Numbered from the stretch's first letter, positions 19,765 to 30,622 are shown. The stretch is 47,715 nt of DNA from Candidatus Saccharibacteria bacterium UBA669 (GCA_002299795.1 DBNP01000005.1:1-47715); one strand, 5' to 3'. Made by a program: numbers and translations. Notes: a model not told the origin generated them from the letters alone.

Positions 19765-20310
19765 TCAGCGCCACTTACGGCGCAGGAGCCGCGGGTCCTC
19801 CGGCGCCATGAGATGGCGCGGCAGGATGGTGCGCGGCTTGGCGGTTGGCTGCGGCTGTCGGCTGGCCGCATTTTTGGTGCGGACCGGGCTGACCGAGCGC
19901 TCCTGTCGGGACCGCTCAAGACCGAGGCCGAGAAGTTCGTAGCCGGACCGCACATACCGCATGTTCGAGATTTCTCCCAGGCCGGGGTAGTTGGCATCGA
20001 TGGCACTGGTCCCGCTGTCGTCGGCGCCCCACGTAGCGGCGTCATCGCGACGACGCTTGAACGCAGCGGTATGGCCCCGCTCGATGGACTCGTCGATCTT
20101 CGCATATCGTTCACTGGCACGGTTGCGCCGCGCGCGCGTCATCGGCTGACGCGGCCGGAAGGTCGGCCACTCGAAGGTCTCAGTCTCCCGCACGGGGAGC
20201 CCAAACCGGTCTTTGGCAATCGGCGTCAGGCCGAGTGCCTTGATCAGACGCTGGTCCTTGGTGCGGACAACACCGATGCCCGGTGCGTACTCGTAGGTGG
20301 TGCGAGCCAC
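19765..20310 (-). CDS. Arg-rich hypothetical cassette gene
   Basis: GTG start with AAAGGAG SD and a perfect promoter upstream. Confidence 0.7.
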   Translation of the reverse strand: MARTTYEYAPGIGVVRTKDQRLIKALGLTPIAKDRFGLPVRETETFEWPTFRPRQPMTRARRNRASERYAKIDESIERGHTAAFKRRRDDAATWGADDSGTSAIDANYPGLGEISNMRYVRSGYELLGLGLERSRQERSVSPVRTKNAASRQPQPTAKPRTILPRHLMAPEDPRLLRRKWR

Positions 20311-20350
20311 TTGGTTTTCTCCTTTATTTGGAGGTGGACTTTATAATTTC

Positions 20351-20379
20351 ATTATAGCACAATCAATATAAAATGTCAA
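20351..20379 (-). promoter_or_regulatory. sigma70 promoter
   Basis: TTGACA-17nt-TATAAT with TG extension. Confidence 0.9.
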
Positions 20380-20416
20380 TACCTCGGGACAGTGTGCTTC
20401 CCCGTAGTGCCAACAC

Positions 20417-20445
20417 AAAACCACCCCGTATCGCTACGAGGTGGC
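20417..20445 (-). terminator. rplJL terminator
   Basis: CCACCTCGTA-GCGA-TACGGGGTGG-TTTT. Confidence 0.75.
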
Positions 20446-20527
20446 GTGTAAGCACAATGTGGTCGTTCCCATAGAACACAGCGATGTATAGTACATCGGC
20501 GTTTTCTGGGGTATTCTCTCTTGGTGA

Positions 20528-20905
20528 CTAAGCGAGTTCGACAGCTGCGCCAGCTTCTTCGAGAAGCTTCTTGGCGTTTTCAGCGTCGTCTTTGCCGACT
20601 TTTTCGAGGATAACACTTGGTACGTTGTCGACCAGTGCTTTTGCCTCACCAAGGCCAAGGCCGGTGATTTCTTTGACGGCTTTGATAACAGCAACTTTCT
20701 GAGCACCGCCGTCTTTGAGGTTGACAGTGAATTCAGTTTTTTCGTCAGCAGCAGCGCCAGCGTCAGCAGCTGGGCCAGCGGCAACAGCAACTGCAGCAGC
20801 AGCTGGCTCAATGCCATATTCGTCTTTGAGGACGTTCTTTAGTTCGTTTACTTCAAGTACAGTAAGCTTTGTGAGCTCTTCTGCAAGTTTCTTTACGTCT
20901 GCCAT
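20528..20905 (-). CDS. rplL: 50S ribosomal protein L7/L12
   Basis: [34 protein letters not shown]; SD AAAGGAG. Confidence 0.98.
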   Translation of the reverse strand: MADVKKLAEELTKLTVLEVNELKNVLKDEYGIEPAAAAVAVAAGPAADAGAAADEKTEFTVNLKDGGAQKVAVIKAVKEITGLGLGEAKALVDNVPSVILEKVGKDDAENAKKLLEEAGAAVELA

Positions 20906-20949
20906 AAAAGTAGACTCCTTTATATTCATTAAAATTGGTTAATGCGTGA

Positions 20950-21474
20950 TTACGCAGTAGCTTTGGCTTCAACGCCATCAAGCAACGCATGAAGGTTGCC
21001 AGAGAGAGCGTTGGTAACATCGTGAACAGGTGAAAGTAGTTGTGCCACCACTTCAGCGATGAGCTGGTTCTTGCTTGGTAGGCTGGCGAGTGCAGTGACG
21101 TCGGCTGCGCTAAGAGCGAGGCCTTCACCGCTATAGCCGGCTACAAGGGCAAGCTCGGGGTGGGTTTTGGCAAAGTCGTTGAGGACTTTTGCGGGCATCA
21201 CCTCATCGCTATCGCTAAACGCGTAGAGCAGCTGTCCAACAAGTGCGCTGGTATCAGCACCCTTATAGACAGTTGATTCGTTCATCGCGACGCGCACAAG
21301 GCGGTTTTTGACGACTTTGATAGAAACTCCTGCAGCGCGAGCGCTTTTGCGAAGTTCCTGTAGGTCGGCCACGCTGATACCCTGGTATGCAGCAACGGCT
21401 GTTCCCTTTGCTGATGCAAATAGTTCACTCAGTTCACCTACCAAAGCTGATTTCTTATCTTTGGTGATAGCCAT
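20950..21474 (-). CDS. rplJ: 50S ribosomal protein L10
   Basis: YQGISV..LQELR, KVVKNRL, LASLPS; upstream of rplL. Confidence 0.97.
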   Translation of the reverse strand: MAITKDKKSALVGELSELFASAKGTAVAAYQGISVADLQELRKSARAAGVSIKVVKNRLVRVAMNESTVYKGADTSALVGQLLYAFSDSDEVMPAKVLNDFAKTHPELALVAGYSGEGLALSAADVTALASLPSKNQLIAEVVAQLLSPVHDVTNALSGNLHALLDGVEAKATA

Positions 21475-21504
21475 TGATAATCATCCTTTCGTTTGGTTAA
21501 TATG

Positions 21505-21640
21505 CGACCACATTGTTAAGTTTCGACATGTGGTGATGAAACAAAAAGGCTTTGGTTCATCACCAAAGACCATGGAAAAAGTGTGATTTCCCTCGGTAGC
21601 GAATTAAGTGATTTCTCACAGCCACTGTCTTTGGTAAATG
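21505..21640 (-). promoter_or_regulatory. L10 leader (autoregulatory cis-RNA)
   Basis: CCAAAGACAGTGGC...TTAA...GCTACCGAGG matches the L10-leader pattern; downstream hairpin TGGTGATGAA..TTCATCACCA. Confidence 0.8.
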
Positions 21641-21742
21641 TCTGTAGAGTATGGTACTACAACAGCGGTCGCATGTCAAGCGTATAGAGGTGCGCTCGGC
21701 TTGTGATAAAAATATAGAAAATATGTTATAATAGCATAATCT

Positions 21743-22840
21743 ATGAGAGAACACCTCCACAGCGAACCGGTAGTGCCGGAGATTTCATATGAGGAAAACG
21801 CGCGGCGTGCCCTCGATGGGTTGATTGTGTGTGGGTGGTCGCCAAAAGGCTATGATGACGTGTCAGTTGAGGACATTCACCCAACACCGCTTGATTCCGA
21901 GCGTGTGCAGCTGGCCGCCTCTGAGCACGACCAGCCTGGCCACAACCGTCCACTAGGGTACTATGAAGCGGCGATGATTGAGCTTGGTGCGCGCGCCCAC
22001 GAGGCGTGCGAGCGTGCTGGTCTGCCTGAGGGCTGGGAGCTCAATGTGATTGATGAGATTGTTGCCCAAAACACCATCCGCGTCAGTCACAACAGCGATG
22101 CTTATGCGCGGCTGCGCCAGGCGCTCGAGCAGCGCCCAGCGAGTGTCGACCTGCTTCAGTCGATTCAGCGTGCTCGCGGTGGCATGGCGAGTACTGCCGA
22201 AATGGTGAGTCTGCTGGCTGCATATCCCGAGATGGTGAGCATTGAAACACACAAAATCACCAAGCCATTTGATAGTGAATTGTTCGATGAGGTTGACGCG
22301 CGGATTCGCTACGAGCTTGCGGCGCTGCAGCACATGGCACTGCCGGGTGGTGAGATTATTATTGCTCTTAGCAACATGGAGGGTGAGCCGTTCGGGAGCT
22401 GGACGTTTCTTGATACCAACGGCACACTGGTGGAAAAGCAGGTGGTGGCAGAAATCAATGTGCCTGGCAATCGCTTCGAACTAATCCGCAAAATGACGAC
22501 CATGATCATGCCTGGCGAGCTACAGCTGACTGGCGTGGCGCCGCGGTTCCGGCTGGTAGACTTGCCAGATGGCAACGAGCTATTCATCAACGCGCAGCCA
22601 CTCAGCCTCACCTACTACATGAGAACGTACGATTACCGGCAGCGACTGGCATATGCCGAGCAGGCGCCAGTGCCTCATCCGCTTGTCGGCGCACGTGCGA
22701 TCAAGGCGGCGCTAAAAGACTATGACCTTGGGCTCGTCGGCGATGCAAACGCAGCAGTACTTGCGCAGATTCCCGATCAATCAGCACGTGATATGGTGTA
22801 TGAATCGATTGTGGCTGCGCTGCAGCGAAGTGGCCCGTAG
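21743..22840 (+). CDS. hypothetical protein
   Basis: 365-aa ORF with a TATAAT box just upstream; no recognisable motif. Confidence 0.75.
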   Translation: MREHLHSEPVVPEISYEENARRALDGLIVCGWSPKGYDDVSVEDIHPTPLDSERVQLAASEHDQPGHNRPLGYYEAAMIELGARAHEACERAGLPEGWELNVIDEIVAQNTIRVSHNSDAYARLRQALEQRPASVDLLQSIQRARGGMASTAEMVSLLAAYPEMVSIETHKITKPFDSELFDEVDARIRYELAALQHMALPGGEIIIALSNMEGEPFGSWTFLDTNGTLVEKQVVAEINVPGNRFELIRKMTTMIMPGELQLTGVAPRFRLVDLPDGNELFINAQPLSLTYYMRTYDYRQRLAYAEQAPVPHPLVGARAIKAALKDYDLGLVGDANAAVLAQIPDQSARDMVYESIVAALQRSGP

Positions 22841-23509
22841 CTAGACGCGGCGCAGTAGGCCGCGTAGCCATATAAGCTCGCGGATTTGCTGCTGTACGAC
22901 TGCTGCCGGAGGGCTGGCTTCGATCAATGGAAGATGATCGCGCGCGGCAATATGCAAGTAGCGGTTGTCGACAGCGGTTTGAAATGCATCACCCATTGAC
23001 TCAAATGTGTCGGGCACCTCTAGCTCGCCACGACTACTGATACGTGTTGCGCGGACATAGGGATCGACGTATAGGATTACCTCGAGGTCTGGGCTCATAT
23101 ATAGCTCATCTGTCGCTACCGCAGTCATATTGCGGATAAGTTCGTATGGCAGACCCTGGCCGCCGCCCTGGTACGCTTCGGTCGACCGCCAGTTACGTGC
23201 GCGTAGTACCGCTTTGCCTCTGTCGATATAGTGTTCGCGTCCGTAGCGATTACTCTCGCTGCGCGACTCGGTGAACCAGGCTAGATTTTGCTCTGGCGTT
23301 CTGAGGATTGTGGCGTCTTTAATCATGCGACGCAGTTCTTGGCAGCGCTCGGTTGGCCCGTCTGGTTCGTGAATGGTGAGTGACTCTGTGCCATAGATAT
23401 TCCACAGCCAGTCTGCAAGCATTTCTACTTGCGTCGATTTACCCGTTCCGTCATTACCCTCGATCACAACCGAGAGACCACGCTCATTTGTTGTCCCTGT
23501 TCTTGACAT
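22841..23509 (-). CDS. tmk: thymidylate kinase
   Basis: IEGNDGTGKSTQ, EP, R....S..AYQG, PDL..IL; SD GGAGGGG. Confidence 0.9.
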   Translation of the reverse strand: MSRTGTTNERGLSVVIEGNDGTGKSTQVEMLADWLWNIYGTESLTIHEPDGPTERCQELRRMIKDATILRTPEQNLAWFTESRSESNRYGREHYIDRGKAVLRARNWRSTEAYQGGGQGLPYELIRNMTAVATDELYMSPDLEVILYVDPYVRATRISSRGELEVPDTFESMGDAFQTAVDNRYLHIAARDHLPLIEASPPAAVVQQQIRELIWLRGLLRRV

Positions 23510-23614
23510 ATGTTCCCCTCCAAAACGGCGACCCATACCGGGCCGCCCACTTACTGCCCAGTATACCACTATTGCTTTACATTTGTGGTAAATGCACTAT
23601 TATAATTTTTGTAT

Positions 23615-24128
23615 ATGACACATGAAATGATTGTTGCCTACGGGCGAAATAGAGAGATCGGTAGCCATAACCATTTGCCATGGGCGTATGGCACGATGTC
23701 GGCTGACATGCGTCGATTTCGTAACCTCACCGAGGGCAAGGCGCTGATTATGGGCCGCAAGACCTTTGAGTCACTCGATCATCCCCTCACAAGCCACGAT
23801 AGAACCAACATTGTCGTCACCTCTCATCGATTGGCGCATGATATCGGAGTGTCGGCCGTCGGAACACTTGCGGCCGCCTATGAACTCGCCGATCGGAAGC
23901 ACCGCCAGGCAATCGTCATTGGTGGACAAATGATGTACTGCGCGGCGCTGTCGCAGACGGATACACTGTATGCCACTGAGATTGCGGCGGATTTCCCTGG
24001 CTGTGACGCATATTTTCCAGCACTGCCGGCAGACGAATGGTCAGAGGTAGCGCGCGAGCATTTCCCTGCGCGCCGCGGACTGAACACTCACCCAATGGAT
24101 TTTGTTACTTACCAGCGCTCTATATCAC

Positions 24129-24151
<23 letters not shown>
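23615..24151 (+). CDS. folA: dihydrofolate reductase
   Basis: IVA, IG....LPW, DM..FR..T, IMGRKTFES, RTNIVVT, VIGG, CDAYFP. Confidence 0.95.
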
Positions 24152-25085
<934 letters not shown>

Positions 25086-25143
25086 ATTTACCCTCCTATC
25101 AACTCGTGTTTTACAGTAGTATGATGGATGCATTTAACAAAAA

Positions 25144-25164
25144 CTAGGGATATTTTTACCCTAG
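25144..25164. promoter_or_regulatory. palindromic candidate operator
   Basis: CTAGGG-ATATTTTTA-CCCTAG between divergent thyA and wHTH-NUDIX starts. Confidence 0.5.
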
Positions 25165-25183
25165 ACACTAGTACAATTAGAGT

Positions 25184-25891
25184 ATGGAATATAACATCAA
25201 GTTGCACCCCGCACAGACAAGTGTGCTTGTGACGCTGCGCCACGCCACGAGGGCTCGGTATGGTGAGCTTCGGGTTCCTACTGGGCTAGAAAGTGACATA
25301 TTTAAGTACCATTTGCGCAAATTGGTTCGGGCGCACTATGTGGTCAAGGCAGACGACGGCATATATGAGCTCACTGCTGAGGGCAAGGAGTTTGCGAACC
25401 GTCTTGATGACGCAACGGGGCGTGAAATTGCGCAGCCGAAATCATCAATGCTACTGGTGGTGCGTACTGACGCCGGTGGTGTGGTGCGCTATCTGGCGCA
25501 TCGACGGACGCGCGAGCCCTTTCGTGATTACTGGGGCATTGCCAGCGCACCACTGCTGCGTGGCGTGCCAGCGCTTGACTCGGCTGCCCGCGAGCTACGC
25601 AAGCAGACTGGTATTGACGCGCAGTTTCGGGTTGCGGGTACATTCCGCGTGATCGACGCGCGTACCGACGGGACTGTTCTCGAGGACAAACTTTTTTGTG
25701 TCATGGCGGCGGTTGTCGACGACGCACCTGAGCCCAGTCCCTGGACGGGCGGCGTGAGCCAGTGGATGACAAAGCGTCAGCTGCTAGCGCAGCTAAAACT
25801 GTTTCCTACCACTGCTCGTACGCTTGAGCTAGTAGAGGGCGGTGCCGTGTTTGATGAAGCAGTCTGCTACTATGCCGGCGACGAGTACTAG
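25184..25891 (+). CDS. winged-HTH plus NUDIX-fold protein
   Basis: N-terminal F.YHL.KL....YV.K..G.YELT..G wHTH; C-terminal R..EPF...WG...G.....SAAREL..QTG degenerate Nudix box. Confidence 0.8.
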   Translation: MEYNIKLHPAQTSVLVTLRHATRARYGELRVPTGLESDIFKYHLRKLVRAHYVVKADDGIYELTAEGKEFANRLDDATGREIAQPKSSMLLVVRTDAGGVVRYLAHRRTREPFRDYWGIASAPLLRGVPALDSAARELRKQTGIDAQFRVAGTFRVIDARTDGTVLEDKLFCVMAAVVDDAPEPSPWTGGVSQWMTKRQLLAQLKLFPTTARTLELVEGGAVFDEAVCYYAGDEY

Positions 25892-25924
25892 CGATACCAC
25901 AAATATTACGGTCGACACAGAATA

Positions 25925-25953
25925 TTGACAAATAATAAAGCTTATGATATAAT
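25925..25953 (+). promoter_or_regulatory. sigma70 promoter, leaderless
   Basis: TTGACA-17-TATAAT, with ATG 6 nt later. Confidence 0.88.
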
Positions 25954-25959
25954 GAAGCT

Positions 25960-26925
25960 ATGATAACAAAGGAACCCGTGCCTACGTTTTTCGTGCCACC
26001 TAATGAGATAGATGCTGATCTAATGGCTGTGCTTGATGATGAGCAGCCAAAGAACTTTATTTTGCCAGAAGGGACAGACTACCTAGCGACGTATGAAGAA
26101 CCGACGGGTATTCCTCCTGAAGAGTGCTATGTCGATGTGGATGATGATGAGAGACAGCGATTACTCAGAAGGGGTCGGTACCGTAACGACAGCTATTATT
26201 TCAATGATAGTCTCAATAGTCGTATGACAGTTGGTCCCGAGTGCCAGGAGCTATACCCATGGCTAATGACTGATCATTACGCTTATGATTGGCTACTAGC
26301 CTCAGTTGAGCTACGCGAAATGATCGCTTCATCAACGCTTGCGGTGCTTGATGATGCCGAGAAGTTTACGACTATCGTTGGTGAAGACACCAGTGGGCGC
26401 ATAGCCGCCCTAATCGTTGCCAAAGCGATGAATATCGTCCGTGAGCTAAAGGGTCTTTCGCCTGCGCGACGATTGTTTGTGTCCGGTCGGATCGATGAAT
26501 CGCAAGCTCCAAACTTTCGAGCGCATGACGAGGACGACAGAGCCTTGCTCGTAACTGAATACGTGTGCACAGGGGACTCTGTCAATGGTGCGGCTGATGC
26601 ATTGCGCCAGGCTGGATTTATGGCGCCTAGCGTACTGACACTTGATCGACATGGCGACGAGAGCGATATTTATGCTGACAAAGTGTATATGGGGGCACGC
26701 AACACCTACACCGGGCGCGCAGATGACCATCTGTATGGACTCTCCGTCGCTCTCAAGGGTGTCACAAAGGAATCTGGTGATGCGCATTCGTCGCGCGCTA
26801 GTTTGAGCCCCGGTCAACGACAGCATCTGATCAAGCTCCGTGCGGACATCGACCACTTCGCGCATGAACTCGTGGGCATATGGCTCATACGCCAGCGAGA
26901 GCACGAAAACGAAGTATCCGCATAG
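25960..26925 (+). CDS. hypothetical protein with type I phosphoribosyltransferase-like domain
   Basis: IVGEDTSGRIAA and ALLVTEYVCTGDSV resemble PRTase loops (DD replaced by TE); acidic N-terminus. Confidence 0.65.
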   Translation: MITKEPVPTFFVPPNEIDADLMAVLDDEQPKNFILPEGTDYLATYEEPTGIPPEECYVDVDDDERQRLLRRGRYRNDSYYFNDSLNSRMTVGPECQELYPWLMTDHYAYDWLLASVELREMIASSTLAVLDDAEKFTTIVGEDTSGRIAALIVAKAMNIVRELKGLSPARRLFVSGRIDESQAPNFRAHDEDDRALLVTEYVCTGDSVNGAADALRQAGFMAPSVLTLDRHGDESDIYADKVYMGARNTYTGRADDHLYGLSVALKGVTKESGDAHSSRASLSPGQRQHLIKLRADIDHFAHELVGIWLIRQREHENEVSA

Positions 26926-26973
26926 TATTTCCCTACTTTTATCAGTATAAGGTCTGTCCAATTTGCAATTAAT

Positions 26974-27001
26974 AGCAACACCCGATAGTACGGGTGTTGC
27001 T
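26974..27001. terminator. hairpin, probable original rplA terminator
   Basis: 11-bp stem AGCAACACCCG-ATAGTA-CGGGTGTTGCT. Confidence 0.75.
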
Positions 27002-27022
27002 CCTTTGTCGGTGGACGGTATC

Positions 27023-27057
27023 TAGTTCACTTGGTTTTGAGCTCGATACCAGGGCCC
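27023..27057 (-). repeat. degenerate duplicate of rplA 3' end (direct repeat with 29619-29654)
   Basis: tagttcacttggtttt-gagctcgataccagggccc versus tagttcacttggttttcgagcttgatgccagggccc: 33 of 36 positions identical. Confidence 0.92.
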
Positions 27058-27065
27058 GATGACGG

Positions 27066-27488
27066 TTACCGCCGGGGGTTTGGTGATGATCTTCTGATAT
27101 AGTCGAGGATAGTGTGAAGTGTCGGGTTGTTTTCACTTGTCGGCTCGAGGCCGAACCGCTCAGTCGGGGAGTTGCTTTCTTGGTCATCATAATTCTCTAC
27201 GACGACGGCATATTCGCCTGCTTCGTCTACTGTGTAGGTCACTCGAGCTTCACCCTCGCCGAAGTCAACCTGCACAAGGACAGCCCTTGGTCTCGCAGAG
27301 ATAATGTCGACACTGCGGTCGTGTAAAGTGTAGTGGCTGATAAATGGCTTATTGGGGTCGTGGGGCCTGTTGTAGGTGTTGCGGAACGTGTAGATTGCTT
27401 GCATAAGGTAGGCTAGCATCGTCTCGTAGGGCACTTCCTGTACGCCTGGTATGTATAGAATTTCGGTCGGTGGAATTCGTTCGCTCAT
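27066..27488 (-). CDS. hypothetical protein, translationally coupled to upstream 689-aa gene
   Basis: TAATG stop/start overlap at 27488. Confidence 0.75.
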   Translation of the reverse strand: MSERIPPTEILYIPGVQEVPYETMLAYLMQAIYTFRNTYNRPHDPNKPFISHYTLHDRSVDIISARPRAVLVQVDFGEGEARVTYTVDEAGEYAVVVENYDDQESNSPTERFGLEPTSENNPTLHTILDYIRRSSPNPRR

Positions 27489-29557
27489 TAGATTGCAACC
27501 CTTTCGTCGTGGGGTGTTCGTTTAACGCGAGGGCGACGCTTGATCCACCCACTTGATCCGCTGAGTTCGAGCTTTGTCACGTTTGACGTAGTAGGCTCCA
27601 TATCAAGCGGGTCACCCTTTCTCCTGCCAAAGAGGAGGATCCCTCGAGTGTCCTGGTATGGATCAAAATGCACGCTGGTAATATCATCGGTGCCTAGCAC
27701 TATCGTATTAGTGTCGGCTGATTCGGTAAGTGTGGCCTCAGCTACCGAGGGAGTCAATTCGGTACTTACGTCACTATAACATGATGCAAAGATGATTCGT
27801 TTTTTGCCGAAGGCAGACGGGCCGCCTACGTGTTTGGCGCCGCACATATATTCGCTGACGATGCGCCGAATCTGCGATTGGTCAATATTTAGCTTTGGAC
27901 GGTGGTCCCAGTAGACATCACTCACCCGTGCTGTGCTTTGTATAGTAAATCCGTCGAAACCTGTTCCAGCGGACATACGACTTGGGTTGCCATGCAATGA
28001 AAATACGAGATTGCAAAATTGAACGTTGCGTTTCTTGAGGAGAATGAGGGCACGATACAGGTCTGATGGTCGTGTCCATGGCACGATGACGCGCGAAGAG
28101 GTATCATTGGTTGGCCGGAGCAGATGTAGGGTGACTGCCATTGCTTCATTCGTACTACCGTATGAGTCAAATGGGATCACAGATACATCACTGGCCTGCA
28201 GTCGCTGTATCACCGTAGAGTCATCGTCGAGCAAGCCGAGCCAGGTAGCAACATCATTTTCCGTAAACATATCAATGGCTCCGATATCGATTGTTTTATG
28301 TAGTCGCTCTAGTGCATGTGCGCCGAATTTCTCGTGTAATATCACTAGTCTTCGCAAAGTGCCCGCGAAGCCTGCATTATATATGCCCTCGGGGGTGTAT
28401 TTCCTGGGTGTGAGTGAGTCGGCCATGCGGCACGAAAACCTCGTCGCAAAACCAGGTGTTTCGAACAGGTGCCTACACAGTTGATGCTGGACGCCTATGG
28501 CCGCAGCGTTATAGTTGATTGTTTGGTCTGGGTTACCGGTAGATGTTTCAAAGTTTGTTGGAGGAATTGCTCGAATCAGCAGCTCTGCGTACGAACCGGC
28601 ACTTTCGGCAAGTGCTTGTATTTCGGGATGCGACCGAGCTTCATCTCCCGTGAGGCCGCCAGGAAAGTATCCGTTGAGAGCGGTCAGGACCGAATCGCTG
28701 TTATCTTGTGTCCTGATGTCGTTTTGAGCGGCACAGGATAAGAGCAGTATTCCAAACTTCTCCCACACCGCCTTGTCACAGGTGTCTCGCACACCGGCCA
28801 GGAGTTGTTGACTAGTGATCGCTCCAAAGGCGTATCCCAGGTCGGGGCTGGATTCGGGTATCTCTGTAATGCGTTTGATGTATTCAGTAACCTCACGATC
28901 AGACATGAGCCCACCCATACTGTTGAGTCTTATACACCAGTCTTCGAGGTGTCGATCTTCTCCCCACTGGCTTTCCTGCTCTTCGGGCTTAGCTAAGCGG
29001 TCCATACTTTCAAACAATCCTGCTATCGTCTCAGTGCGCAGCTCGCGTTTTCGTGTATTTATGGCATTCTCAACACTCTGCGCTGGTGGCTCACCATCTG
29101 GGGTGTAAGTGACAAGCCCCTCTGCCCATGCTTTGTCTGCTGCCTTGCGCGCTAGGTTGGGGTGTCTGTATATGAATTCGTCTATCGCCTTGTGGCTGTC
29201 ATCGAGCACATAGCCATCACGGCGATCGAGAGCATACATAGCAAAAGCTGTTATGAGGGGCTGCTGCTCCTGGGTATCAGTATCGGGGTCTTGTTGAGAA
29301 GCTTGTGCCAGGCATTGCTCTTGGGCGCGTCGCCATACTTCTTCATGTGAATCACCCGGCTGGTATGCCTGTGCGCATGCCTCAGCAATACTGTACATAA
29401 TGCTGTGTGTTGCATGGTGCGTCTCGTGGTCATAGAGCGACCCATCGGAATCATGGATATGCTGCATGCGGTTGCCTATCGCATCGACAACAATTGAGTC
29501 TTCAATCTTATCAAAACTCTGTTTGACGGGAGTGGTTAGCACGCGCTCACTTGCCAT
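27488..29557 (-). CDS. large acidic protein with C-terminal caspase/CHAT-like (clan CD) His-Cys motifs
   Basis: NLVFSLHGNP and RIIFASCYS; leaderless start after TACAAT. Confidence 0.7.
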   Translation of the reverse strand: MASERVLTTPVKQSFDKIEDSIVVDAIGNRMQHIHDSDGSLYDHETHHATHSIMYSIAEACAQAYQPGDSHEEVWRRAQEQCLAQASQQDPDTDTQEQQPLITAFAMYALDRRDGYVLDDSHKAIDEFIYRHPNLARKAADKAWAEGLVTYTPDGEPPAQSVENAINTRKRELRTETIAGLFESMDRLAKPEEQESQWGEDRHLEDWCIRLNSMGGLMSDREVTEYIKRITEIPESSPDLGYAFGAITSQQLLAGVRDTCDKAVWEKFGILLLSCAAQNDIRTQDNSDSVLTALNGYFPGGLTGDEARSHPEIQALAESAGSYAELLIRAIPPTNFETSTGNPDQTINYNAAAIGVQHQLCRHLFETPGFATRFSCRMADSLTPRKYTPEGIYNAGFAGTLRRLVILHEKFGAHALERLHKTIDIGAIDMFTENDVATWLGLLDDDSTVIQRLQASDVSVIPFDSYGSTNEAMAVTLHLLRPTNDTSSRVIVPWTRPSDLYRALILLKKRNVQFCNLVFSLHGNPSRMSAGTGFDGFTIQSTARVSDVYWDHRPKLNIDQSQIRRIVSEYMCGAKHVGGPSAFGKKRIIFASCYSDVSTELTPSVAEATLTESADTNTIVLGTDDITSVHFDPYQDTRGILLFGRRKGDPLDMEPTTSNVTKLELSGSSGWIKRRPRVKRTPHDERVAI

Positions 29558-29617
29558 ATATGCTTATTGTAGCATCTCCTGGCCGGGAAAGTCGTGCCAC
29601 TAGAGAGAAAGTGACGG

Positions 29618-30622
29618 TTAGTTCACTTGGTTTTCGAGCTTGATGCCAGGGCCCATGGTGGTAGCAACAGCGGTTGACTTCACGTACACACTCTTGAGGC
29701 TACTTGGCTTCTGGCTCTGTAGGCTGGCGAAGAACGCAGCAGCGTTTTCCTCGAGCTTCTTAGCGCCAAAGCTTACCTTGCCAATGCTCAGGTGAATGGT
29801 TGCTTGCTTGTCGACACGGTACTCTACCTTGCCAGCCTTTGCCTCAGTAACAGCCTTCACAACATCGGTTGCGACGGTACCGCTCTTTGGGTTTGGCATC
29901 AGGCCGCGTGGACCAAGCAGTCGGGCGTACTTGCCCAGTTTTGGCATGTAGGCAGGAGTGGCGATCAGTACATCAAAATTGAGATCTTCTTTCTCGAGCT
30001 GTTTGACGAATTCCTCGTCACCGGCGATGTCGGCACCAGCCTTTTTGGCAGCTGCAGCGTCGGCTTCTGGTGCGAATACGGCAACACGAATGATTTTACC
30101 AGTACCGTGTGGCAAGCTAACGGTTGCGCGGACGTTTTGGTCGGCCTGGCGCGGGTCAACGCCCAGTCGTACGTGCACTTCGACGCTCGCGTCAAATTTG
30201 CTTGGGTTGGTTGTTGCGGCCAGCTCCATAGCTTCGCTGAGGGTGTATACTTTGCTGCGATCAACTAGTTTGGCTGCGGCTTGGAACTTTTTGCCACGGC
30301 GCTCGACGAGTGGGCGGATTTTTGGTGCAGGGCCCTTTTTGTGATGGTCTGCAGCGTCAGCATCTTGAGGAGTAGTATCGCCAGCTTCTTTGCGGGCTTC
30401 CTTGTCTGCTTTTTCTTCAGACTCTTTGAGAGCCTTTTCGCTACGCTTACCGGCCTTTGCCACCTCAGCATCACGCTCAGCAACAATTTCTTTTTCGACC
30501 TTTTCGCGCTTTTCAGGCTTGGCGCCAGCAATCAATGCTTCGATATCAGCAATTGTTGCTTTTGCGGGCACTTCGATCTTTAGCTTTGCAGCCTCTTCTA
30601 ATAGTTCGGCTTTTTTGGCCAT
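29618..30622 (-). CDS. rplA: 50S ribosomal protein L1 with about 100-aa K/E/A-rich N-terminal extension
   Basis: [47 protein letters not shown]; SD GAAAGGA. Confidence 0.97.
   Translation of the reverse strand: MAKKAELLEEAAKLKIEVPAKATIADIEALIAGAKPEKREKVEKEIVAERDAEVAKAGKRSEKALKESEEKADKEARKEAGDTTPQDADAADHHKKGPAPKIRPLVERRGKKFQAAAKLVDRSKVYTLSEAMELAATTNPSKFDASVEVHVRLGVDPRQADQNVRATVSLPHGTGKIIRVAVFAPEADAAAAKKAGADIAGDEEFVKQLEKEDLNFDVLIATPAYMPKLGKYARLLGPRGLMPNPKSGTVATDVVKAVTEAKAGKVEYRVDKQATIHLSIGKVSFGAKKLEENAAAFFASLQSQKPSSLKSVYVKSTAVATTMGPGIKLENQVN

Larger units (their letters stand above)
27058..29617 (-). mobile_element. integrase-less genomic islet inserted at rplA 3' end
   Basis: Bounded by the two copies of the rplA tail; two cargo genes. 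Confidence 0.7.

Noticed and set aside
19813-20346. 177-aa plus-strand ORF and similar antisense or shadow ORFs throughout the track
   Set aside because: The opposite strand has the promoter, SD and terminator or a recognisable protein; these are GC-rich shadow frames.
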